Part shown: one piece after another, positions 40,403 through 51,772 of the stretch
Numbering within the stretch: position 1 is the stretch's first letter
Layout of the letters: each line of letters begins with the position of its first letter
Assembly (NCBI GenBank): GCA_964106645.2
Contig: OZ067040.1
From: Podarcis pityusensis
Taxonomy: Eukaryota
Length of the DNA stretch: 64,000 nucleotides
Reading direction: 5' to 3' (one strand)
Notes under the pieces: generated by a model
Told to the model about the DNA's origin: nothing
The model's input: the letters and a program-made list of their open reading frames with translations, nothing else
Databases searched by the model: none
Position numbers and translations under genes: made by a program

Positions 40403-43008
40403 AACCAGAATGAAAAGACTCTTTTTTATTTCAGAAAACACAAAGAGCATGGATGTGAGATAGTGTTTCATCTCACTTTCATATGTGGCTCTCCAGGCAC
40501 TTGGATGCCAAGTAAAAACTGAGGAGTGAAAATATAGAGCATTATAATGGACAGGAAGAAATAATGTTGACTGCATGCTCTCTTTGACAAAGGATTTACA
40601 AGATGTTTGAGTTGATTCTCTGTATGCTATCTGCACCTTGGTTTCTACAGAGAGATCACCTTTTGCCCTCTGTTCCATTACCAACTGGAGTTGTGATATA
40701 CTGACATTAGTGATTTTTTGGACCTTATTGAACCCATGTGCAAAATTTCACCAGTATACCTTTGAATGCCAGTTGTTGGGGATTATGATTGGGAGAGGGC
40801 TATTGTGCTCAGAACCTGCTTTTGGGCTTCCCATAGGCATCTGGTTGGCCACTGTGAGAACACAATGCTGGATAAGATGTGCCTTTGATCTGATCTAGAA
40901 GGGCTCTTCTTAACATTCCTAAGGTGGATGTTACTGTAAATGTGTGGTTGCCATCAGATAAAGCAGGAACACATCTTGTAACTAGTTCCTTCCTTCCACC
41001 ACGTAGCATCTCTGGTCCATTTAGGGAGGCAGCTGCAGAACTCCCTCCAGTGTTTTGATTAAGCCCAATCTCAAGTATCTTCTGTCAGTGATGCAACACC
41101 TTATTTGCAAGTATTCAGTAGTCGGGGGTAAGCTTGTGGGGTGTGTGTGTTTGTGTTTCCTTTAAAATCACAGCTGCTTCATTATTTGGAAGCCGATTCT
41201 CCTCACATTAATAGAGTTTTACATTTTTATTGTGGATGCGATAAAGCATTAAAGAAAATCCCACTATTTGCACATCTGCAGATCTGAAAAATGTAGTGTA
41301 ACCCATGACTATGAGATAATGTCGGTATCAGAGTGGCTAGAAATAATTGTTTTTGCCACAGTTAAAAGCTACCAAGCTGGGACTGAGGGCAGCAAGGCCT
41401 GACTCTAGACGTGAAGGGTACCTTCTGTAGAATTCGTCCTGAGCACAGTGGCTTTAGCTGGAAGATGCAGAGTTCAGCAAGCACAAGGGATTGCCCTGTT
41501 AGTCATGTAAAGGCAGGAGTCTTAGTGCTTCTAGCAAGGGGAAGTTTTTTCATCATTTTTGTTGGGTGGAGCCAAAGGCAAATAGGCAGAGCAACAAATG
41601 TGAATGTTGCTTTTGTACAGCAGGCTAGTCTTTTTACACTCACGCCTCTATCCTCTGTGTAGAAAATATGGAGGCCTGGAAGCCTACATTTAGCCCTCAA
41701 GCAGAAGCTTTTCATCCCTGATCTAGAGGTTCAGATTGTGTATCCACTTTCACTAGATTCATCCTACTTTTTCAATTCAAGATCCACAGAGTTCCCAACT
41801 CGTATTATTATGATACGAGTTTTCTTCTGTCATAACACTGAAACTGTATACTTGAATAAAAGTGTTGTGGATACGGTTACAGATTGGGGATAGAGCACAC
41901 ACGTTATAGAGATGGGTTTTTAAATATTAGTTTTAATAAATCTGTGTGGCATGTGGCTAGAGTATTGACGAATCTGCTGAGGAGGCCAAATCAATAGCTA
42001 TAAAGGGGACATGAATCACTGTTTCATTCAGTAAGTCAGCTAGTGGATTTTTTTAAAGAGTGATTATTTGTACAGGTACTTGGATAAAAAATTGGAGAAA
42101 CTTGGAGCCCTGAAATATGACCGGGTAGCTTTTGTTATCTGTATCACCCTGATGAGTGCTAAGGACTTTGCCACATGTCAGATGCAGAGATGTGGTCGAA
42201 TGCGTGTTAAAACAGTTGCCTGTATGGCTTCTGTTTCTATTAAACTTTACATTTACTAAGTTATTACAGGTATGGCATAATTCCCTTTATCCCCAGGGTT
42301 CAGAGGGTACAAGGGAGAGGTATCTCCAAAGATCTGCAGAAATAAAACAAACAAACAAAAACTTTAGGGGGGGAACCCTAATGCAGAGGAGGGAACACTC
42401 CCAAAACATCCCCAGTGTTCAGTGCTCATAGAATTTTGACTTACTGTTGGGAGAAGGATGGAAAACTAGCAAGAGGGATGGGAATGGAGTGTTTGTTAGA
42501 AGGGTATGGCTGATTCAACAGAACACTGAGCAAGAGTACTACAACATTTTGTTGTACTTCTGTTAATGATCCATTTACATGGAACTCAAGGTAGCATAAA
42601 GAGATTCCACAGGTGGTTTCCTGTCCAAATACTGATCAGACCCAAACTTGTTTATCTTGGCAAAGCCGCAATACTATGTGCCTTCAATCCATAGGCTTAG
42701 GGGACTTACAGCAACTATGAAATATTTGGAGCATTGTGTCTGGAATTGTGTCAGCAGAGTTGCATGTTACACAGAGGTTGCACTCTGAATCCAGCGGGTA
42801 AGGTGAAAATCGCCTATAGTTGAAATTGCCGCACATCGCCCATAAAGTACAGTATGCTTCCAAGAGGCCTGTAGTTGGGCTCTCACTCTCCTGTTTCTGT
42901 CTGGTGCTGCTGCTTGATTGTGTGGTGGCTGTGCCACACGCTTTTCTTGCCTCGGTCTCAGTGCCTTCCTGAGGCCAGAAAGCAGGAGCTGGATGAAACA
43001 GTGGAGAA

Positions 43009-43079
43009 GGAGGAGGAGGAGGAGGAGGAGGAGGAGGAGGAGGAGGACGACAACAACAACAACAACAACAACAACAACA
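43009..43079. repeat. (GAG)n(AAC)n microsatellite
   Basis: Seen directly. Confidence 0.95.
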
Positions 43080-43437
43080 GAGAAGGCTTTCCCACGGACA
43101 GTGGGGCCATGGTAAGCACTGCCTGGCAAGTGGCCATCCTCATCTCTCCACTGCATGTGTGAGCCTGGAGGGCTCCACCCCAACTGGTGGAAAGCGCTTT
43201 CCCCCAAGGGGGAAGAATCTAGAAAAGGGTAGAAAACAAGGGAGGAGGCAGGCAAAGGTGGGAAAATCCTGGCGAGGCAGCGGGAAATATCTGGAATGGA
43301 TCCCGAAACTGGCGGGTGGGATCTTAGTAGAAGGAAGGAACTTTTGCAGAAGCTGCAGTGGCAGATGTCCTGTGGTGGAGTGCTTTCGGAAGGGGGGAGT
43401 GTGGCTGGGGACGCCCAGCCACATGGCTGGGATAAAA

Positions 43438-43438
<1 letters not shown>

Positions 43439-43475
<37 letters not shown>
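43439..43475. repeat. (TAA)n microsatellite
   Basis: Seen directly. Confidence 0.95.
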
Positions 43476-44995
43476 TAGTGTGTTTAGTTGAATTCATGTA
43501 TGCTAGATGCACTCATGATGTGACTGCACTGTACACACAACCACATCCCAAAGGTATGTTTATGTCAGCTTAGAGACTTTGCAAACCACAGTGAGCCTTG
43601 ACAGAGGCAAAAGCACTAGGTATGTGATGAGAGACACCCTTAGAGGAGGGGGAAAGCAGCCACCGATGTGTTAATAATGGCAAATTCCTTCACTGGTTAT
43701 GGCAGCAGAGTGCAAAGTCCCATTCATAATTATTTTGCAAGGGAAAGAAACAAAAATATCAAAAACGAGCCGGGGGGGGGGGAGAGGAGGTTATCTGGGA
43801 TCAAGTGGTTCGATTGCTATGACTATTTTTAAATGAAGCCCACGCTGCTGGTGTTTATGTTCATTCTTTCCACACTTGTTTGCAGCTGTTAGTTGACTAT
43901 GGCTCGGTACCAGCAACAAAATGTTCACTGAGTGGTTTTGTACTCATTCTCTATATTACAAATCACTGCCTCCTCGCAAGCTAATCAGTGCTCTTGATTC
44001 CCAAACATTCTGAAGCACTCTTATTTTGCTAACACTGTTGTCTCATATTGCATGGGGGTGGGGGGTGAGGGAAGACTGAGAATTCAACATTGATTGGCTG
44101 GTGGAGACAATAATGTTTTTCCTTCTAAATCCTGATAAATCTTCTGTGAAGGAAATTTCCAACAGATGTTTTCCCCCCCCTTTCTTTTAGACGGGTTTTA
44201 TGGACAGTGCTTGTTGCAAAAAAAGGAAATTAGCGGCCTATATTTGGCTGTGGCTGTTTTAATTTTAAATTGTTCATAGCTGCTTTTCTACATCTAAATG
44301 AACGCTAACTCCCAGCTCAATGATATTTTAACATAAAATGATAAGTCAGTAATGCACCTCCTCAAAATTCTAATTTAGATGTGCATCTGTAAAAAAAATA
44401 AAAAAAATAAAAAATCTATTGGCTGGTTTGAGTTCCAATACAATCAGGTTTCTGCATGCCAATAAATGGGGGAGGGGGCATCAGAGATTGCATGCAGAAG
44501 AGTTTCTGCAGCCAAACAATTGAATTAGGTCAACTGGTTTTCAAATAATGGTGAATTGGTGTATGATGCATACCTGAATTCTTCCACAGACACAGATTTA
44601 AGTTATATTATTTGATAACAAAACATACACGCATTTTAAAATATATTTATTTTACTTCATTGTCACATTCTGTTTACATTTCTTCCCATATTGTAATATA
44701 TTTCCCTGATCCGTTAATATATGTTGATATACCTGGATGCGGGTTCCCCTTTTTTCCCCCTTTAGGTGCTGCCATGCCCAAAACTGTAATCCATTTTACC
44801 TGCTTACCAAACACTTGCCTGAGAAATAGGTTTCATATTACTTTGGCATTTCTTGCTAACCACCACTGTCTCGTCGTTTCCTTCATGTTTCCAGTTATGT
44901 TTGGAAGTTGTAATATTCTCCAGGAAAAGAATCATGGGTCATACTTGTGGTTATTTGTTATGAAATGAATTGGTTCTGAATGGGCATATCTCCCG

Positions 44996-45046
<51 letters not shown>

Positions 45047-45049
45047 ACA
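44996..45049. repeat. (CT)n(CA)n microsatellite
   Basis: Seen directly. Confidence 0.95.
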
Positions 45050-46078
45050 TTTTTTAAAGTTTTAATGGAGTGTCTGTGAATCTGTCCCCCTGTTCATACG
45101 TTCCCCCCTTACTGGGGGATTCTTTCACAGAGTCAGGCTGTTGGTCCATCTAGCACAGTATTGCACACTCTGGCTGGCAGCAGCTCTCTGGAGTCTTCCT
45201 CAGCCCTGTCTGCAGATACCAGAGACTGAATGGGAGACCCTTTCCATGAGGAGTATATGCTCTGCCCCTGAGCTTATAGCCCCTCTCAAGTAACAGCTTT
45301 ACATAAGCTTTAGCTGTTACTGTGACTGGGAAGGGGGAAAGGAGTTTCAGACAAGGGCTAATCAAACAAGCTCAACATATTCATTTATTGTGCAGGAGCT
45401 CTCTGGAACACCGGAAACCAACCAAAATATTTTCTAAGGGCAGTTAACTTGGGCCATTATGCAGTCTATTAAATTGTCCTCAGCAGGTAGGATAATAAAA
45501 GCATTAAACAGATGCAAATTTCAAGATGCATAATAAAAAGTCTTATAACCCCTCTTGGACTTTAAATTAGCTATTGCGTTGCTGTTGCTTGAAGTGCTAA
45601 TAGCTTATTATTTATGTCCATTAATATGACCCAACCTTCCTCTTTTTCCCATTCAAGCATTAGCTTTTAAACTGAGATGAATCCAGTTATCAAGAGTATT
45701 GCCTGTTTTATTCTGATGGTTCAATGTAGAGTTTTTGGGGAGAATGGTCAGGAGTTGCTTGGTTAGCATTGGAGCCTAACTTCAGCCAAGTTGAAACAAA
45801 CAATTAAGTATCTCCTTCTGGAGGGGCATAGCAGGTGGCCTTTTGCCTCTGCAGTCCATTTCCAATGGCAATATTTGGAATTTAGGATGGTTTGACGCTC
45901 TGATATGATGATAATGGGTAGATCACATGCTAAAGGTTTAAATCCTAGACGTCATTTAAAAGGCTCAAGTAGCAGGTGACGTGAAAGACCTCTGCCTGAA
46001 ACCTTGGAAAGATGTTACTGCCAGTGCCCATGAAAGTAAACAATATTGAGTTAGATGGGCAAATACTCCGATCTGGTA

Positions 46079-46581
46079 CAGTGGTACTTCAGGTTACATA
46101 CGCTTCAGGTTACATACGCTTCAGGTTACAGACTCCGCTAACCCAGAAATAGTGCTTCAGGTTAAGAACTTTGCTTCAGGATGAGAACAGAAATTGTGCT
46201 CCGGCGGCGCAGCAGCAGCAGGAGGCCCCATTAGCTAAAGTGGTGCTTCAGGTTAAGAACAGTTTCAGGTTAAGTACGGACCTCCGGAACGAAATAAGTA
46301 CCGTATTTTTCATTGTATAAGACGCACCAGACCACAAGACGCACCTAGTTTTTGGAGGAGGAAAACAAGAAAAAGAATATTATGAATCTCAGAAGCCAGA
46401 ACAGCAAGAGGGATCGCTGTGCAGTGAAAGCAGTGATCCCTCTTGCTGTTCTGGCTTCTGGGATAGCTGCACAGCCTGCATTCGCTCCATAAGACGCACA
46501 CACATTTCCCCTTAATTTTTACGAGGGAAACAGTGAGTCTTATAGAGCAAAAAATACGGTACTTAACCCAAGGTACCACTG
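46079..46581. mobile_element. Tc1/mariner MITE, family A (opposite orientation), hosting a nested MITE
   Basis: CAGTGGTAC...GTACCACTG with TA TSD; interrupted at TA 46299-46300. Confidence 0.9.
46301..46559. mobile_element. Nested Tc1/mariner-superfamily MITE (TIR CCGTATTTTT)
   Basis: CCGTATTTTT...AAAAATACGG with TA duplicated at 46299-46300 and 46560-46561; internal 26-bp perfect inverted repeat. Confidence 0.88.
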
Positions 46582-47979
46582 TATAAGGATATTGCTGCAT
46601 TCACATCACTGCTGCACACAGTACCTAGGTGGGGGGAGGTGGAGGGGGTACATTGGGTTTGAAGGTGTCCCACCACAGCAGTGGGACCTGCTTGGGATGC
46701 AGCCCTGCCCCTAGAAGGCCTGGCAGACGGTGGGGAGTCCTACCAGTAGCACTTCTTCCCACTTTGTACATTCAGTGGACAGAAGAGGAATGGGAAGACC
46801 AATGGAGGGACACACAAACACACCATCGGGGTGCAAATGAGGGTTGGAATAATAAAATCTTAGAGTTGGAAGGGATGCAAGGGTCATCTAGTCCAATCCC
46901 CTGCAATGCAGGAATCTCAGCTAAAGCATCCATGACAGATGGCCATCCAGCCTCTCCAAGGAAGGAGAGTCCACCTGGAGTCCTCTGCCAGTCCTGTGTG
47001 CTTAGCGCTGGGTCCCTCTGCTCTCAGCAAATGCTTCAGCACGCAGCTAAAAACCTAGAAAGCGGGACCAGGAAAGTGGTGGGCAGCCTGTAGACCACTG
47101 AGTACCTCCTAATGACCCCAAAACCAACTATTCTGTGCAGAAACTGACCTGTCCTTCAACCCTAGTAGGTTGATGGTTTGTTCTCTGTGGGTTGTCAGGA
47201 TTATATGGTCCTAATTTATCAAGACTCTAGAAGATTTTCTAAAGGCTGATACGGATTCACGTAGGAAGTAAGTTCCACGGAGCGCAGTGAGAGGTTCGCT
47301 TTTGACCAAATGTGCATAAGATGGTTAGGTTAGTGGGGGTTTTTATATGACTGCTGACTTCTTCAGACTTCTAAAAAATATTAATCGGAATCATTATTTT
47401 AAGCACAGACTAGAAACTTGGATATATACCAGCAGGGACTAGAAGGCTATCCAGGCTCTTGCTGTGACTGGTAAACAATTCCATTTTTATCCTACAGTAC
47501 AGAAAATTATTGCTTATTTCTCTCATAAAACTTGTTCTCGTATTTTGCTAGGAATCAAGTCTCCCCGAATGGAATAATAACTCCAAAGGCTTTGTATGAT
47601 TTAGACCAGGGTGGTCCAATGTGGGGCCCTTGGGCTACATTTCATGTCATGTCCCTTTGCTACCTTCCCAAAGCCATGTAAGCGAGGGGCTGGGCTTTGG
47701 GAAGGAGGTGGGAAGACTCTGACAGCGTCCTAGAGTCCTTCTGCCTTCTTCCCAAAGTCCAGTTAGTGCTCACCCAGCTTTAAAAAGGAGGTGGGAGGGT
47801 TTAGGATCCTGCCAGAGCCTTGTGCCTCCTTCCCAAAGCCCAATGCCTCACTTAGCTGGCTTTGGGAAGGCAGAATGAAGGTGTGGGGTGTGTTTGTCAA
47901 ATTTTGGCCTTGCTCTCCCCCCTCCAAGTGACAAGGTAGTGTGCAGCCTGCAGGTTCCACATCAAAGTCCTCTTGCGGC

Positions 47980-48185
47980 CAGAGCTTTCCAAACTGTGTG
48001 TTGTGACACGTTAGTGTGTTGGCCGCAGTGTGTAGGTGTGTCGTGTGAATGCTCCCTGTGCTCCTCCTGGGGCTGGAAAGGGGTTAGTTTAGCCTCCAGT
48101 TTGCTAGTAAAACTGAATTACTGTGTTGAGAAATGATGCACGTCTAAAAAGTGCGTCACCAACATGAATAGTTTGGAAAGCTCTG
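47980..48185. mobile_element. hAT MITE nested in an older hAT-like element (~47607-48223)
   Basis: Perfect TIRs CAGAGCTTTCCAAACT / AGTTTGGAAAGCTCTG; exact 8-bp TSD CTTGCGGC (47972-47979, 48186-48193). Confidence 0.9.
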
Positions 48186-49431
48186 CTTGCGGCCCACTTG
48201 GTGTGAAAAGTTGAGCTGCCCTGATGTGTGACTTTAACTCCCCTTTCTCCTTGATTACTTGTTCAAAACCTGGCAACTATGTGATGGGAAATGAGCAATA
48301 TAGAAATAGTTGCTCGTTGGCTCAATCTTTTTCTCCCCCAGGGCAGGTGAATGGAATAGAGTGTCCTGGAAAACAGGTGTGGTTGGCTGGCTAGAACCCT
48401 TAACAAGAGCACTCTGAATTGCAACATCACCTATCAGGTCTCCCTTCCTAAGAGCTACAAAACATTTCTGGTTCCCCACACTAGATGCTGGCAGTCAGCT
48501 GCAGTATGGGATAGCAATGAGCTGAGTGTAGATGCTGAAGCAGGTCCTTCTAATGGTCTTGCACAACCAAGGAGGTTCTCTATGCACAGACAACCCAGTT
48601 TCAAGCCTCTTAGGTTCTTGTAGAGTTGCCGTTTCCCCTGTGGCAATGTCTTTCCTCTGCCAGCTATTTTTAATCAAATTCTGATTCTTTATGTAAGGAA
48701 GAAATCCCATTGAACTCGGAAGTTGAGACTTCTAAGGAGTGAGTGGCTGGAATCAATAGTGAAATGTGGGCAGTCTCTGGGCCTGGGAAAAAGAAACCAC
48801 ATGCAATGGAACTTTCAGAAATGTTTCATCAGCTTTGAGATATAAAAGCTTCAAGCTGAACAAGAATGGCTGTAATAGTTCCTGCTGGCTTGGTCAGAGA
48901 GAAGCTTCCTGGTTGAACAGCTGCATGCGATCATTTCGGGAATAATAGTGGGAAGCTTGCATATTTAGCTTGCTTTATTTTAGCTATCATAAATCACTGA
49001 CTCATAATCGTCCAGTTGTGCCTCTTGAGTCACCAGGGTTTTGAAGCGCCTTTTTCTTTCAATAGGTATGTTCGCTTGCAGCTTTTGAGATGATGTACAA
49101 AAATGAAATTCAACAGTAACCCACTTTGCTGTAAACCTGTTGTGTACCTCCTATGGCTGATCCTTTCCATATCTTGTTAAATAATTGTGAGAAGTGGACC
49201 TTTTGGAATTATGCCAAGTCCCTCTCACAATGCCATAGCAGGGCCAGCAGCAGTGTAGTTGCAGTGAACAGGTGCCACCATTTTGCTCTTGAGATGAATA
49301 CAATTCAAGCTCAACCAATAGCTGCAGTCCCTAAGCACATTTGGAAATATTGTTATTGTTCTTCTTTCCTTCTTTAGCCCTTTCAGAGCACTTTAAGAGT
49401 GTCATCTTTCTCTTAGCAATGTAAGGCAGGT

Positions 49432-49436
<5 letters not shown>

Positions 49437-49477
<41 letters not shown>
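49437..49477. repeat. (AG)n microsatellite
   Basis: Seen directly. Confidence 0.95.
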
Positions 49478-49480
<3 letters not shown>

Positions 49481-49528
49481 CTACAAGGCCTCCTAGGGAC
49501 CTTTATAGTTTCCTCGCATCATATCAGT

Positions 49529-49775
49529 TGTTAAATTGTGGGTGAACATATCAGACAACACAGCGATTCTTCAAACAGCTCTTGTTTATTCACAGGCCAG
49601 AACAGAACTGAACTGAAGGGTTCAGTCAGCCTGCTTATATAGAGCTCCAGTACAATGTAACTGTAACAATTTTCTAAAACTATCCAATCACTGAACGTCA
49701 CTTTCGATCCCTTATTTGCATAACTATCTACAGTATCCCCCTGCTGGCCCAGGGTGAGAACTTCAGTACATAACA
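49529..49775 (-). mobile_element. Solo LTR (247 bp)
   Basis: Termini TGTTA...TAACA and a 5-bp TSD TCAGT (49524-49528, 49776-49780). On the - strand the order is octamer, CCAAT box, TATA box (49635-49641), then AATAAA (49585-49590). Confidence 0.85.
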
Positions 49776-49889
49776 TCAGTTGTCCTGAATGCACTGGAAA
49801 TTAATGGGACTAAAACCATCTTCAGGTGTTCTGGTGCCCTGCTTAATAAAACATGTGAGAGAGGGCCATTCACCATTCTTATTATTTTA

Positions 49890-50114
49890 TTTATTAATTT
49901 ATATACCAACCTTATCTTCCAGTGATCTCAGAGTGGTGCACATGGTTCTCCTCCTCCGCATTGCATCTGCACAACAAACCTGTGAGGTAGGTCAGGCTAA
50001 GAGATGATGGCCGGCCCAAGGTAACCCAGTGAGCATCGTGGCTGAATGGGGATTCAAACCCTGTTCTCCCAGGTCCTAGTCCAACACTCTAACCATTACA
50101 CCACATTGGTTCTC
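49890..50114 (-). mobile_element. tRNA-derived CORE/MIR-like SINE (a second decayed copy lies at ~50325-50500)
   Basis: The reverse strand reads GAGAACCAATGTGGTGTAATGGTTAGAG...GGGTTTGAATCCCC...CTGGGTTACCTTGGGCC...CCTACCTCACAGG. Confidence 0.75.
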
Positions 50115-51164
50115 TTGCTGCCCTCCCTAAGCCAGAGTGCAATGTGTTAAGAGAACACCTGAAGAGGGCTTTTATTTTCAAGCAAAACATGTTTTAGGAG
50201 CAAGGTGCCCTTAAGGGTGCTTTGTCATTCCAGCTGAATAGTCACCAGCAGGGCTCAAAATCTTTCCATGGACGGACAGGGAAATTGACTTGGTGGCTTC
50301 TGCAACAGTTAGTGTCAAATGCATATATATTCATCCCATCTTACTCCAAGGAAGTGCTGAGGGAATGTAGATGGTTCTCTCTGCTCCCCCCCCCCACAAC
50401 AACCCTGTGAGGTAGGTTAGCCTGGGAGATGGTGACTGGCTCAGTGGCAATTTGAACCTGAGTCTCATCAGTTCAGTTGGCTCTAACCATTACACCAAAC
50501 TAGGTATTTTTAAGCATTTGCAGATCTGTCAGCCTTTGTGTGTGGACTGTTTACTCACTATGTAAACAAGTCCCACAAAACATCAGTGGGCTTAATATGA
50601 ACTATTGTTATATGCAAAGAGACTCACAAAAAATTGTAGAAGTTGTGCTCTTCATCTGCTCCCTGTGTTTCGTTCTGCTCAAGAACTATAAAAATACTTT
50701 CCCCACAAAAACCGGGTATCTCATTCAGTCTTTCTTCCTCCTATAGAAACTCTTACACCAGGCTGGACTTATATTGAAAAGCTGGTTTTGACGTAAAATT
50801 AGAAATGGAAAACAAATGCTAGGGATGGTTCCTTCTGTGTACACCAGTGGAATGCACCAGATACTAGATCTTAGGGCCTGGTTGTGGCTATCTGATTTCC
50901 TTGTGAATATCCAAACATGATGGTGGTTACCTGACTGATTCGTTGTGAACAGAAGCTGTCGTTTTGCACACTCCTGTCACAAGCTGAGCGGACAAATGAA
51001 CAGGCAAATACTCATTTCATGCACACAAATATTCTTACATTTATAAAGAGAGATTTTTAACAGAAGATAAGGCCGTTGTTACCACAAAATTAAAGGCACT
51101 TGCTTCTAGGAAACCTCAGTTCTTTAAAACTGAACAGATGATGGCTATGTGAAATTGCAATCTC

Positions 51165-51183
51165 TGGTGCCATCTGCTGGGCG
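51165..51183 (-). promoter_or_regulatory. Candidate CTCF site
   Basis: The - strand GCCCAGCAGATGGCACCA matches the CCASYAGRKGGCRS core. Motif match only. Confidence 0.5.
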
Positions 51184-51416
51184 ACTGTTTTAATCAAAAA
51201 GAAAGCCTCTCAAAAATAAGGCAGGCACTTCTGCATACATACACGGGGGATGCCCTACCTAGGTGTACAGAAGTGCAAAAGTTTGTGAATTAAAGGAAGT
51301 GACTTAAAAAAACAAAACCTGCCTGATAGATGATGACAACAGGGCAAATGGATTGAGAGAGAAGATGTAAATAAAGCGGAGGGATAGCTTTCCCATCTTC
51401 AGAATATTATTTATAA

Positions 51417-51552
51417 CAGGCAGAGGCAAACGCGGCCCTCCAGATGTTTTGGTACTACAACTCCCATCATCCCTAGCTAACAGAACCAGTGGTCAGGGAT
51501 GATGGGAGTTGTAGTACCAAAGCATCTGGAGGGCTGAGTTTGCCTATGCCTG
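51417..51552. mobile_element. Palindromic hAT MITE
   Basis: CAGGCA...TGCCTG, near-complete internal palindrome, exact 8-bp TSD ATTTATAA (51409-51416, 51553-51560). Confidence 0.9.
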
Positions 51553-51772
51553 ATTTATAATTTCAAATTGCCGAGATTTGGTTCTATCAATCCTGTATAA
51601 CTGTGCAGCACAACAAGGAAAGCCTGGGGTAGGGAAAAAAGGTGCCCTTTATACCTTCCCCATTCTTGAAACTCACCACCACTCACCACCCTGAGATCTG
51701 AACCACACTGCAAGGCTCTTGTAGGCTGGCTGGAGCTGTGAGAAGGGCAGAGACACACTGCATCGCTTTGTT

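Noticed and set aside
42767-43512. ORFs with poly-E, poly-N, poly-L, poly-I or poly-Y runs
   Set aside because: Translations of (GAG)n, (AAC)n and (TAA)n microsatellites.
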